Source: Chara braunii (taxonomy: Eukaryota; Plantae; Charophyceae). From it: a DNA stretch of 64,000 nucleotides. The DNA is taken from assembly GCA_003427395.1 (NCBI GenBank), contig BFEA01000004.1:5086114-5150113 (forward strand), given 5' to 3'. The position numbers were made by a program, and so were the translations under genes. The notes under the pieces are model-generated. The model saw nothing but the letters and a program-made list of their open reading frames with translations. It did not search any database and was not told the DNA's origin. Below are positions 1-12,679 of this stretch, piece by piece (position 1 is the first letter of the stretch; every line of letters begins with the position of its first letter).

Positions 1-71
<71 letters not shown>
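1..71. repeat. (AG)n microsatellite
   Basis: direct inspection. Confidence 0.95.
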
Positions 72-74
<3 letters not shown>

Positions 75-1043
75 GGCAGATAGTCAATCCTTCCGTTGGG
101 CATCCCACGGGAAGCAATCAATGTTGTTTTCTCCTGGTAGTTGAGCATTTACTTTGGTCGGAAATGGATGGTCATGTCGACATTGATCTCTTGCAACGGT
201 GAATCGTTTCTTCATTGTGTTCGTGTAAGTGGTTGTCAAAGTTTTTGTTTGCTGTCTTGCTTTGTGTGTGTCTATGGGCATGTCATGTAATGGGTTGTTT
301 TTGGCGCTTTTACATGTCGTTTTCTCAATGCGTTATCTGATGATACACACATCATCACGAGCACGCCCAGAACAGCACAAGATGTTGGAGCGGTGTGGAA
401 GGGCATGGAGGGGTGCGGCGGCGAAGAACAGAACAAGACAATAAATGACAAACAAATGAAAGACAGATAAACACCAAACACATGTCGCCAAACTGATTTA
501 TACTGAGCAAAAAAAAAAAAAAAAGAAGAAAGCCACCAACGAACAACTGATTCTGGACTTTGCACAAGCACTCCACCCAATGAAATCCTCACTTGCTCGC
601 TTGATTAGCCGACCATTGCGAGTGAAATTCAACATGCATAAGACAAAAAACTAAAAATAGTTCACAACAAGATGCGGGAAATGGAGAACAAAATATGCAG
701 CTGATCGATAATGAAAACAATCCTTAGCGATGAAAGCAAGATCTTCGCCTTCGATTTAAAACTATCCGTATCGAAGACTGAACATAACTTTGCAATAATC
801 AACTTCGATAGTTCAGAAGTGCAACACATTCTGAAGTCACACCCACCATTCCCCACCTCTCCCCCCCCGCCTCCAATCCCCCTCCCCCATCTCGCCGGAG
901 GGTGGTCCACCCTCCGTGCGCCGATCAGACAGCGGGATCGATCCCCGCACTAACGGGATGCAACAGCGAACCGGGCAGGCCAATCCCTGACCGACGAGCG
1001 CGTGGCAGACAAAACTCCCTATCCCATGTGCATGCGGAGACCA

Positions 1044-2272
1044 TCACGCAGAGCAAGGGCAGCCTCCGTGGTGTTTGCCTGGGAGACCGGCTGCGACAAA
1101 TCCTGTAAGCCGAGGTCGATGGGGATGGGATTCCATCCCGGTCGTGGTGTAGCAACAACCCCTCATAGAATGCGACCCGGCCTCAAGCAGGAGGTTATGG
1201 ATGATACACATGGCGACGAATTGTTGTGGAACATTATTCATATCTGTCTTGTGATAACAAAGGAATAACCTCCACATCCCCTTCAGTCATCCTGACGCTC
1301 TTTCCACGAACCCCTTCGTTGTCTTCTAACTCGTGTCAAACAGAGCGGCGTAACCATTGTCCCCCAGCAGATACCCTGTCATCCTCACCTCTCCCGTGAG
1401 GACAATCTAATCCCGTGTTGAAGATGTCGCCCGCTTCTGCTCGCCTGATCAGTGACGAATTCCACAGCATGCGCTGGTCGTGGACACACCCAGGATAACC
1501 GACGAAGACGTCGATGATCCGCATGTCAAGGTTCGGCGACAACCTGTGCCACGGCCGAGAATTGCTGCTTTCAATTGAAGTAGTTTTTGGACGGCCCGTT
1601 GCAAGGCTCATCCACATAAATGTGGGTGCAGTCAATGGCGCTGAAGCAATTTGGGAAACCTTTCCCGCTGAAAGCTGGGAGGATCTATAGGAGACGGTGA
1701 CCGGTTGGAATTGTGATATTGTACGGATACGCAGCCAAAATGTCAATTGTGACATATTGGAAAACCTTGATGCCCGACGACCTCCCTATGCCAAACGATG
1801 ACGTGCTGCTCTCGAAAGTCTCTCCGGACGCCCACCGATACAACGCGTAAGCCACGATATGGTCTGGCTGCAATGGCTCCCGATAGTGAGTCAGTCTGCG
1901 GTGTAGGAAAGGAGAGCACGCCGCCACTATATCATTGAACATCATCCGCATCATCCGCAGTTTGTCATGAAAGTACACATCGGTTGCATCCTCTGCGATG
2001 TTCAGGTCCCTCCATGTTCCACCCGTCCTCCTTTTCACCCACCACCACGGTGTCTCCCTCGGCATCACACCTGCCACAATGGCGTTCGACAACAGGAATG
2101 GCGCATCCCATAGACCTCGCGAGGAGTGCGCGTCCCATAGACCTGGTGACGAGAAACTGCGAGGAATGCCGTTCCTAACAGTGACCTCTCCCTCGGTGTC
2201 AGCCTTCGCGCCCCTGGCGCATCGTCGATGCCGTCGTCCATCACCCCAAATGAACAGCAAAGACGAGCACAA
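1044..2272 (-). mobile_element. PIF/Harbinger DDE transposase, frameshifted pseudogene
   Basis: Fragments in three ORFs: FHDKLRM..FNDIV..EPLQPDHIVAYALYRWASGETF (1685..2272), IIDVFVGYPGCVHDQRMLWNSSL (1336..1755), FVAMCIIHNLL (1044..1277). Possible terminus GGCAAACCCTACAC next to TAA at ~2599-2615. Confidence 0.88.
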
Positions 2273-2736
2273 CTTAATTTGGTGGCTGGCAGGCTATGGC
2301 GACCTTCTTCCCAAGGCCGCAGGAAGCACGGATGATGGGAGAGGGCACTGTCCACGAATGAGAGCGCAATTCAAATTCAAATTCCGCCGCCGCGCGGACC
2401 TTTCATATCGTGCGCGCCACCTTCGCACGCCTGGTAGGCTGCCCGGCCAAGCGGTGAGGTCCCGGAAATTGCATGTCCCACGGGCCAGCAGGACATGGAC
2501 AACTTCTTGTCCGCCATACAGCCGTCACGGACGTCCGTGCCCGACAGGCTGACTTTCTGACACCTGGCCCTCCTCACCTGAGATCTAAGGGCAGGTAAGT
2601 GTAGGGTTTGCCTTACGGGCTGTGGAAAGAACAGAAAAAGTTAGGGTAAATTAATCACCCTTCTCCTGTTAGGGCACCCTTACAATGTAAGGATTCGTCA
2701 ACACGTGGCATGTTATTTGATATATGGCTGTTTGCA

Positions 2737-2836
2737 GGGACCCTGGACCCGCTTTCCAGCAGGTGTTGCTCCCCACCAATAGATGGAGCCTCCCCGAGCA
2801 TGCTAGAGGTGTCTGCTCTTATCAGCACCCCTAGCG
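2737..2836. repeat. Unclassified ~100-bp dispersed repeat
   Basis: inverted copies at 5160-5232 and 5790-5889, fragments at 3425-3450 and 20594-20625. Confidence 0.65.
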
Positions 2837-3561
2837 TTCACTTGGTTTGTTTCTGTTAAAAAAAAAAAAAAAAAAGGATTCGTAAGTGGTGTGGAATGAG
2901 GCCCAAAGAGATGCTCCCTTTGAGAAATGTCCTAACATAAGTAGGTGTTTGTTTCCTTAAAAAAAAAAAAAAAAAAAAAAGGAGTGCTATGATGGATGGT
3001 TGTGCCAGTGTGCGAAAATAAGACGGAACTTCTGAGGAAGTTTCATCTTTACGATTAAAAAAAAAGGGATGCGCCCCACCGCATGTGCCAGCTTTCCAGA
3101 GGGCTAATTTTGGCATGAACCTGGCATTACAACCTGACCAGTTTCGGTAACAAGTTGCGGCGAAAGCAGCGCATGCTGCGCAGTCGTATGAATTGAACTT
3201 CCAAATACTTTTCCAGCTACAGTTGAAACATTTAGTGCTCATTCACGCCGGCCCTAATGCGGAGAAAACGAGCAGCAGATGGCGGCAGCGAGGTGGTGCA
3301 TGCAAGGACGTACAAGTCATGATGCTGATCAAATATCAGCAGGCAATCGTGCTCAGGTGCTTCACACGAGGACTCGGAGCAAAGCAACTCAATTTCTTGC
3401 CAGGCCGGCCGGAGAGCTTTTTCTTTGTTCCCACCAATAGACTGGAGCATTTNTTTTTGGAAAAAAAAAAAAAAAAAAAGAGCTTTTCTTTGTTCCCACG
3501 CTTCGCCTTTGCCACATTGTACGCTCGTAACGGCAGAAGTTGTGGGTAACTTCTGTCCCCC

Positions 3562-3670
3562 GGGCTAGGTCCCACTTACACGAATTATTAAGCGATATTG
3601 ACCATAGAATCGCGTAGATAGCAAAGATCAACGGCCAGAATCTCTTAATCCGTGCAAGCGGGACCTAGCC
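3562..3670. mobile_element. ~110-bp fold-back MITE (GGGCTAGGTCCCAC termini)
   Basis: inverted termini, second copy 20478-20577, fragment 45301-45328. Confidence 0.7.
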
Positions 3671-4194
3671 CCAGATATATGTGTAAACAGAACTGAGAAC
3701 CCAAGCATACTGATGTTTTTTTTTTTTTTTTTTTTTTTTTTTTGGGAAGGGTCCCAGGTGGCAGGATGAGGCTTTCCATGCGTATGATTGCACACAGAGA
3801 TGGGCTGGTAAAACAGGTATATGAGGGGGTACTACAGAACCCCATCTTGACTTGACTGATTTAGTAAAAAGTCAAGATGGGGTTATAATAACCGTTATAT
3901 ACCCCTCATGACGTATCGAACCGGAATCAATCGAAGTACGGATGGCTGGGTATCTGTGGCATAGTGGCCATGCGGTATGCACAAAAAGCTTGAAAAGAAG
4001 TGGCTTATGCAAAAAATTATCAGATGAGGACTTGTCCGCATCTTTGCAACCAGGACAGAGAGTCTGCGTGTGTATCTCGAGTGTCGTGAGCAACCGATAA
4101 TGGGAACGATTGACGATATCGTGTATAGTATAGATAAGCATTTCCGGTTGTCAACGTGCAGGCAGGCGCTTTTCACGTCATTCGCACAATTCCC

Positions 4195-4225
<31 letters not shown>

Positions 4226-5477
4226 AAAAAGTACAAAAGCATGTACATCATGATGTATGTCAGAAATAGAAGCACAAGAAGATCATGATGAGGACGTAGG
4301 AGGAATAGGAAAAACAGAGAGGACTATCGCATAGTCATTGCGCAAGACATCATAGGCATGAGATAGGGAAGACAAAGGGGAGGGGTGGAGAGGTGGAGAG
4401 GCATTAACGTTCCATCACTTGAGCTGGCGACTTTCACCGCTTCACGCCTTTTATTATTATTATTATTATTGGGAACAGAAAAGCAATTGTTAATTTGTTA
4501 GGATTTTTATTTTTTTTTTCGAACAGAAAAACAATTGTTAATTTTTTTTTTTTATCATTATTTTTTTTTTTTTGGAGAAAACTGCTCCCTGGAGCCAAGA
4601 TCGATTAGGTCCGAATTATGCTTGTGCTCCTCCGTTTTCGATCATGTGCGGCCGTCCATGACATCCGTCAGTCATTGATCCAGTAGCGTATCGACTGCTA
4701 GTGTGGATTGTCTTTGTTTTCGTGGAGGCAGCTTCCCATCGGCCAGTAGATTTTTTTTTAATTCATTTGTTGGCCATTTAGTTGGCCACTTTGCGTTGGT
4801 CCGAACATTTAATACTATGGTTCTTTTAGGGGGGGGGGGTGTTTTTGAAGCTTCGCGCCTTGCTTTGCAGAAATTGAGAATATTGAGATATCCGTGGAAA
4901 ACTGCGAACGGGCCGGCGGGAAGGTCGCATGCAGATGTACCGGGTTGGTGAAGTGTGGATGCACAGCCCATACTATCATGATGTCGATGTCCGGTCCCCT
5001 GATTTTTTATTTTTTGGGTCCTTTTCTTTGCTACTGCCTTGATGAAAAAATACCATTGTCTATGCGTTTTTAAATGAGAAAAGGACGCCACACACTGTTT
5101 TAAACGATGCTAGTCTGTCTCAGCCCCTGCAGTGCTAGCGGCGCTTGTCGAAACTGACACCACTAGCACCCCGGGAGGGACTCCAACTATTGGTGGGGAG
5201 CATCACCTGCTGGAAAACGGGTCCAGCGTCCCTTGAATACAAAAAGATTCAGGATGACCTCAGAGAAAAAAAGTAGCTGATGAGAAAACGCCTGCCAGCA
5301 TTGATTACTCTGGTGCCCAGAGGATTAACTGTGCAGGTTATTGAGAAATAAGGGGAAACCTCTTTGCCTCACCGCTTCATGCCTGTTTCACCGCCTATGT
5401 GCATTTTACAGCTACTAGTCATTCCGACTAACGATTGCTCTTACCAGCATCCCTGGCAATTCTGCAGGTGTTTCCGG

Positions 5478-5514
<37 letters not shown>

Positions 5515-5980
5515 CCGCACGGCTGCTGGTAAAGAGGTGGAAGAGCTTTACGAGATGAATCCGCTTCTTCAGTGACGCGATAGCTTATCCACTCTGGGGC
5601 CATCAATCAAGTCCCTTTCCAGCGGCGAAGTTCAAATAATGAGCCATTAATACCAGCTCAAGACGTCCTTCCGCGCAGGGCGAAGAATCCCGAGCCAGCT
5701 TCTATTTGTTCCTTTTTTCTGTTCTTTCGGTGAATGGATGGTGAACGATGTTTTTTTTTTTCTTTTGGAAAAAACTTCCCCGGCCCGTGCAAGGGTGGTG
5801 CTGATAGGAGCAGTCACCACTTGCATTCCCGAGGAGGCTCCACCTATTGGTGGAGAGGAGCAGCTGTTGGAAAACAGGTCCAGCGTCCCATTGAACATTG
5901 CATCCACTGAAGAATCGCCTAAAAGCAAGATATGATTTTGGCTGCCAGCCTTGACTGCCCCAGCGGACCTGGTGGGTTAA

Positions 5981-6137
5981 ACCACCAGTACTTCCTGAAA
6001 ACGCTCCCGTGTACGTGGAGCGAAATTTGGAATGAACGGGCCTGCGCCGGTAGGCCCGATTCAGCCACGTGGAAACGGCGCAGTTTCCACTTTTGGCTGG
6101 CTGTATACGCGGAGCGAATTCAGGAAGTACTGGTGGT
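5981..6137. mobile_element. MITE, TIR ACCACCAGTAC, TTAA flanks
   Basis: ttaa-accaccagtacttcctgaa...ttcaggaagtactggtggt-ttaa. Confidence 0.8.
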
Positions 6138-7525
6138 TTAACTGCGCAACTGCGCAGCTGCTACACATCCCGGGTCAAGTCAGCTGCTTTTTTTTTTTTT
6201 TTTTCCGGAAGTTTCTGACTCGTCAATCTTCGAGGAGACGCCAGATCCAAAAGATCCAAAATCCATTGCACTACCAGCTTCCTTCCTTTTCTCTCACTGT
6301 CCTCCGCCCCCGTACCATGACAACCCCGCTAGAGAAAGCTCCTGGGGGGGAAGAGATCTGGAAAGACGGAGAGGGGTCTCAGGGGGAACGGTGATAAAAA
6401 AAGAAGAGCAAAAAATCCCTGACCAGCATTGATTACTCCTCGGAGGATCGACCGTCTGCTGTCAGCTTGCGATTCTTCCTCTCATACCCAACTAGGGTTG
6501 AAAAAAAAAAAAAAAAAAAAAAAAAGAAGTTGCATCTTTCAGAAAAGTGAGGCTACCAAGAACGCTGCAGAGAGTCTCGACAGAAGTGAAGGCCAAGCGT
6601 TGCAATCACTGGAGAAAACCCCACTGGTAAAAAAATAAAAATAAAAAAATCACTGGAGAAAACCCCACTGGTGCTCCTGTGCAAGTCCTTGCTGTTCTGT
6701 TGTATAGCGCCCCCAGCACATCCTCACCCGATGTTGTCCCCCCNNNNNNNNNNNNNNNNNNAAGACTTTTTTGGTTTACAATTCCTAAAGAAAGGAGACA
6801 AAAAAGTCTCTTTCTTCTCAACGTTTGGAAAATTGGATTTACATATGCATTATTTGTAGATTCTTTCAAAGTAGCGTGCAAGATTTCCAATCCAAGCACA
6901 CGTCTGTATAAGATCTGTCAGCTTTTTTTTTTCTTTTTTTTTCTTCTGTCAGCTATTTTGTCTTGAGACATTTGCCGAATAAAAGCATCGAGTATAGTAT
7001 ATAATTCTATCACACCATAAAATTACATAAATAGGTGAAAGACACAAAAAAAGAGAAATTTACCTGAGAAAAAGAGAAATGGTGGGGCCAAAAGAGAATG
7101 GGAAAAACAAACAGGAAAAAAAGAAATTTTCATGTTAAAATTGGTAAAGAATTCTCAATGTGATCCTGAGGCAAAAGTTGTTCAGTTTATTTTTCCTGCC
7201 TAACATAGATTTTTCTTCGGAGTTTCTTAATTTGTGTGTGTGTGTTTTTCTGTTTTGTTTTGTTTTGCTGCGACCCCCCGGCTCCTTGCACGGCCAGACC
7301 GCCCGGGAAAACAAGGTGGCCTGGGCAGCCTGGCGGGTAGCCTAGATTCTAATATAAATCAATTAAATTGGAGGCGCTGCACAAGCGCTTTGTTGCTTGC
7401 CTCTCTACTCTACTTGTGAAGCAGCCCGTGACCACTTACGAAAGTTACGGGTCTATCAGCAAAAGAACAAAAACGAGAACATACAATACAACAAAAGAAC
7501 AAAAACGAAGAGCTTATTTCAGAAA

Positions 7526-7603
7526 TGCTTATATGGACACTGCAGACTCTTGGCAATACGGATTTCAAGATGCAGCCACTCCTACGATATACGGAATTAT
7601 CGA
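7526..7603 (+). pseudogene. cox2: cox2 N-terminal fragment (NUMT)
   Basis: DTADSWQYGFQDAATPTIYGIIE matches the COX2 WQ.GFQDAATP motif. Confidence 0.75.
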
Positions 7604-8029
7604 GTGCGCCCAGGTCGCAGATCTCGATTGCAGGGCCGCTCCAACTCTGCCACACCGTCTCAAGCTGACCTATACACAAGGATGGTGGAATGTTTTTTTT
7701 TTTTTTTTTTTTTTTATGCTCACTATCGGACTTGAATCAATACCAGTAGGAACATATTTTAAGTCTGTCGTGTTCACCATGAAAGCTATGCACAATGATT
7801 TTTGACAAGTTTCGCTTCTAGTTTACCAAGAAAGGACGTAATTGCAAAGTCCAAGGCTCCAAGCCATTACTCGCTGACTTAGAGAATCATGTCGTTCAGG
7901 CACTACATGATCGAGTTCGTTATCCCCTTTCTTTCTGATGACTTTTATCTCCCGAGCCGGCCCGCCTCGGAGGTGCAGGCGCATTTGGTCACTTTCTTGG
8001 TTCATCAGGGCCTGCCTTGGTAACAGATT

Positions 8030-8382
8030 CAGATTCATAGAGTATGAAAGCAAAGCGTCTTCATGCACAACATCACTCACGCAACATCGGACATGAGACA
8101 AAAAAAGCGTTCGATTATTACAGAGTAGCACAATACAGGTATGGCGTCCCAGACGCCGCGTTTCGACACCAGCCACGGTGTCTCTTCAGGGGCTTGGCCC
8201 TGTGTGTTAGCACAGTGTCAGGCCTTCCCAAACAATCCTGTGAAAGGTCCTAACAGTTCTAAGCCTTCCCGATCAATCCAAATACGAGTCTTACGCACAA
8301 ATGGTTCCGGAAAACACGGCAAAAAAACAGGAAAAAACAGACAAATACAGGCATCGAAACCCAGCTAACACAGGTCACTGTC
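8030..8382 (-). repeat. 3' terminal direct repeat (pLTR) of the PLE
   Basis: near-identical to 12680-13081 (cagattcatagagtatgaaagc...cagctaacacaggtc). Confidence 0.9.
8146..8195 (-). ncRNA. Type I hammerhead ribozyme in 3' pLTR
   Basis: minus strand GCCC-CUGAAGA-GACACC(GUGGCU)GGUGUC-GAAA-CGC(G)GCG-UC-UGGG. Core intact, near-palindromic short stem III, first stem I pair mismatched. Confidence 0.85.
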
Positions 8383-8528
8383 CGCATAATGCTTTACCAT
8401 GCAGATTCAAGTGCCTGCTTACACTACAAGATTACTACTTCAATCCAAAGAATCGTCAAAACACAAAGGCAGACTACAGTACATGTCACCAATATCAGGT
8501 CTATACCAGTACTATGAAAAGTGAGACA

Positions 8529-11352
8529 TCAACGCTGCTGTGTATTCCCAAATCTCGTCTCGGCATCTGGCGAATCTCGTGAGGACTCGCATGAAGAATC
8601 TGTGTGGGAACTCAATTCCTTCTTCAAGCTCAGGACCCTGAAGGGTATCTCAGAGCGTATCGAGGTGTTCTGGTCAATGCGATGTAGGTAGCTCCCTACG
8701 ATCGCACTCTTCTGTCTTTTACATCCCCAGGATTGAAAAGATTGACCAGTTTGAATCTCCAGTGTTTCGTCCTTCCACATGCTCACCTCGTTTTTCGACA
8801 TCTGCACGCATCCGACATATGGATAGGTACTGCCTATGTGTACTCTGCATCCCAGGAAATCGAAACTTCCAGAGCCATCATCAGTTCGCTTCAGACACAG
8901 ATTATTCGGATAGCACTCCTCAAACTCCTGCTGCACTGCCTTCGCCTCCTGTGATCGCATCCCACATGTAATCAACACTACGTCGTCAATCAATCTGACC
9001 CCAAACACATTCCTCCTACGCACTCCCAAGCTTCCTAAAAACTTGTACTCCGCATATGCACACATGATACATGCCAGGGGTGGACTTGTGCTCTTCCCCA
9101 TGGGGATGCCGATGTCCTGTTTCAAAAGTACCCCTGTGGCATACGTGTGTCGAAGCTCGAGGCACACGAATTGCACAATATCTCGGATCTCAATCTTTCT
9201 CCAGTGATCACCCCCTGTCGTCAAGCCGAAACTGCATCATTTTCCTCTACTATTCACTCGTACGAAATCCCTGCCTTTTCCACTGTGGTCCGAAGAGATC
9301 CAATCGACGGCGTCCATAATGTCCTTATGAGGTAACCGACTAAACATCTCCTTGATGTCATATGACATCACGTTCACGCCATATCCTCTCTCCCTCCCCG
9401 CAATCTTACGATTGACTTTTGTAAGGCGGTCTACCAAAAAGGACACGCTTTGTAGATTGAAATGCCACTCTCTGGGCAGAGAGAAAAGCAGGTGATTAAG
9501 GGCTTTTGCAACCAGGCACCCAGTCTTCACCAACGACTCATTGAAGGTCGGACAAATGGGTCTGTATCTGATGACGTCCTTCTGTTTTGGCAACACATAC
9601 GCAGACCCCAATTTTCCTTTCCTATCCCATCTGGCCATGCGCTTCAACCCCATCGTCTGCATTTCTGCTTCCATTCCCTCAAGCACATCTTTCTCTTGTC
9701 TGGATACAACACTGAAGGTGGACATCATCGCTTGGAAATAAATCTTAGGGCACATCACCAATGTTTCGCCTGAATTACGATCGAGCGGTGTGCACACCAA
9801 TCCATGCAACTGCCTCTTCACTTCCAAAACATAAGTAAGGGTGAGATAAGACATCCTATCCTCACACTTACTCACAAAGCATCGGTCCAATGCAGCCATA
9901 TCCACGTTGACCTGCTGATCGCGATAGTTCAAACTACAGCTAAAGCTCGTCACGATTTCGTGATGGAGCAGTGAAGTCCTATCACAGACATCCGGCATAG
10001 GAATGTTCTTAGCGTTAGCAATCAAGGGTAACTTGTCGCACATCGCGCTGAGGCGTACGCACACGTGACCTTCCACACGAGGGAAAGATAAATCTGCGCA
10101 GCTGCAGATTAGCACTTCACAAGCGGCATATTGTCGCTGGTTGTGCAAGATGTCCCCAACGGACTGGTTCTTAGTCCAGACGAGGCGGACCTTCTTACGT
10201 GCGCGAGCTTTAAAGCACGCTGGCAACTCACAATCCATGATCATATCGTTAATCACCTTCCTAAGCTCAGAAAGCTTAATACTGTCATCAAACTTCACTC
10301 TAACAACCAGGTCAGCACTCAGGCTTAACTTGAATCGATCCTTGAACACTCTCTGTAACAACCTACGTAGGTACTTCCGAGTTGATTTTCGGCAAAAGTC
10401 TTTTATCGCTGCATATAACCGTAAGACTGACCGCATACTCCAACTGTACACATCCTTTAGCTTACGAGGGCTATTCAGTATACCAATCAACACCAGCTTT
10501 AGTGCCTTGCATCTAGGCTTCCAAATTCTCAGGTGGGTGAACCGAAAGAATCCTCCCTCTTCGAAGTAGCTCTTCGCAGATGTTAGAGGTAAGGTCAGTC
10601 CATCGATCTCAACGACACTTTCGCCAAACATTCTCCTAATCTTCTTCGAGGGTGTGTACCAAGTGTTTCCTCCATCACATTGAAGGTCAAATTCGGTACA
10701 TCCCTTGGACGAGCATTTCGACATAAAATCACAGAGATCAACAAATATCCCATCCTGTTCCCTACTCGTGAATCTAATCGGTTGCACATCTCTGTGAGAT
10801 TTTGACTCCTGCGGATTGGATTTTCGTCTTTCTCTCGCTCCCTTCCTCGTACGCTTCTTCTTCCTGACTCCCTTCTTAAGTCCGGCTGTATTTAGAACAG
10901 GTGACCATTGCCTAATGTACACATGTTCCAAATTCAACAGCTCGTTTCCCTCGATAGTATCGACGGGGATCAAAGTGTAATTCCGGGATCCGAAACAGCC
11001 AATCCAACGATGAAAGTGAGTCGGTGTCTTGTGCTTACTAGCGTACAAGTGTTCCCCCCATCGTACATCAACATCCCGACATGTTTTCCCGACATATTGC
11101 GCTCGACAGAAAGGGGACACTATCAACATATACAACGTTCCTTAGATGCAAGAACTCGAAGCCAAATAGCTCGTACAGCCGTAACCAAGCAAATATACAC
11201 TTCCTATTCCACCGAATGCATCCAGCGACAGACAGTCGGACAACGGTCATTCGGAACAACAATTCCAACTTACAGTCAATCTTATCAAGCTTACCACGTA
11301 CATCAACCAAAATCTGGTAAAGCCTCCAATACTCGGATATACCGAAAACGCA
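8529..11352 (-). pseudogene. PLE pol: GIY-YIG endonuclease + reverse transcriptase (one 1-nt frameshift near 11130, in-frame TGA at 9237-9239)
   Basis: ORFs 11068..11310, 9237..11135 and 8529..9224. The last two are in frame and separated by one stop. Confidence 0.88.
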
Positions 11353-12528
11353 TCACCTGTCAACATCCTCGGCAACTCCCTCGTTGCCTTCAACAACTTC
11401 CGTCCCCCCGACATCGTCAATATCCTGCTTACTCTCAACTTGTCCATCATCTTCGTTGTCGGTACCATAGGTGGTGTAAGCCCTGTGCTCCGCCAAGTCA
11501 AAGATCGCATCGATCTTACCTCTATACTGAATCCCTTCCTCGAAGCAAAGGTTCTGCAGAGTGATCGCGTCATGATCCTTGAGTAGTCACATCACCTCAT
11601 CCCTTAGCTTGTACCGGCCAATCTTGCCCGTGGTGGCAGGGATCTTCCGCTTCACTGCTGACGTGATTCTGTCCTTCGTTGCTGGGGAGAGTCTAACTTT
11701 TGCCTTGGTCTTCGAGCGGGTCAACCTTGGTGTAAGCTTCGCCGGTTTAAGGATCCCCCTCTTCGGTGTACGCTTCGGTGTCCTTTTCGCCGGCAACTCC
11801 ATGGGCGGGCTATCCTCGAAAACAGGTTCTGACCCTCCCTTCCACTTTTCATTAATACTTAGACCCTGCGCCCGTTCACAAATCTCCTCCATATCACTAC
11901 CTACAAATTCGTACTCGGAGAACTCCTCCTCAGGTACGTAGTTCAGTTTTTTCTTCCCCTTCATCTTCTCATGAAGCTTCGCGGCGACGATCGCCTCCCG
12001 GAACTCAGCGCAGGCTCTGCTGAGTGCTTCCTTCACATTAAGCTTGACATGTAAATCCATATCCTTACGGATAGCCGCGACTCTCTCGTCCTCCTCCCGT
12101 GCTTTCTCAGCCTTCTTCTTCGCTTTCCCCTCCCTCGCTTCCTTTTCCTCCATAGCACAACACTCCGCTTCCTTCCTTTCGGCTTTTTGACGTGCCTTTG
12201 CCTCTTTCTTTGCGCATTCTACTTCAATGTATTCGCGCAATGTCGCCACGCTATCTCCGATCTCCTTCACCTGAGATTGCGCCTCACGATCTTCCGAAGT
12301 AGAACCTCGGTAATGCTTATGTGGCGAATAAGATCTCCCTCGCCTGGAGTCCGTAGAGCTGGACGGTCTTGCTTGTTGGGCCCCTCGCCAACCCGGTCTT
12401 GGGTTTCTGCATTGCGTCGCATAGTGTCCCTCTTCACCGCACGCGAAACAGATGAGTGGAGGCCTCCGCGGTCCTCTCTCCTGGTTGCCTCCATGGCCAC
12501 GTCCGCTCTCTCGCTGATCATTCGACAT
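11353..12528 (-). pseudogene. PLE ORF1: CCHC zinc knuckle, coiled coil, basic region, SAP/HeH-like motif, acidic tail (internal TGA at 11587-11589)
   Basis: CFACGEEGHYATQC. Reading through the TGA gives LLKDHDAITLQNLCFEEGIQYRGKIDAIFDLAEH...DVDR*. Confidence 0.75.
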
Positions 12529-12679
12529 AGTTACTCAACTCGTAACTGACGGGCTTCGCTTCTTCGTAACCTCAGTCTCGGTAGTACAGTCAAACTTCAA
12601 AAACACCAGTTGTACACGACGATTACGTGCTCACCCCTTTTGGTAAAGCGACTCCGAAAGTGTTCACACGCGCAGTATG

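Noticed and set aside
5276-5296. CTGATGA...GAAA hammerhead-like core, also CTGAAGA at ~43011
   Set aside because: No stem II or stem III pairing can be formed.
9237-9239. In-frame TGA as selenocysteine
   Set aside because: A single decayed copy with other lesions and no SECIS recognised. Mutation is the simpler explanation.
10908-11564. 218-aa plus-strand ORF
   Set aside because: Antisense shadow of the PLE coding region with no recognisable motif.
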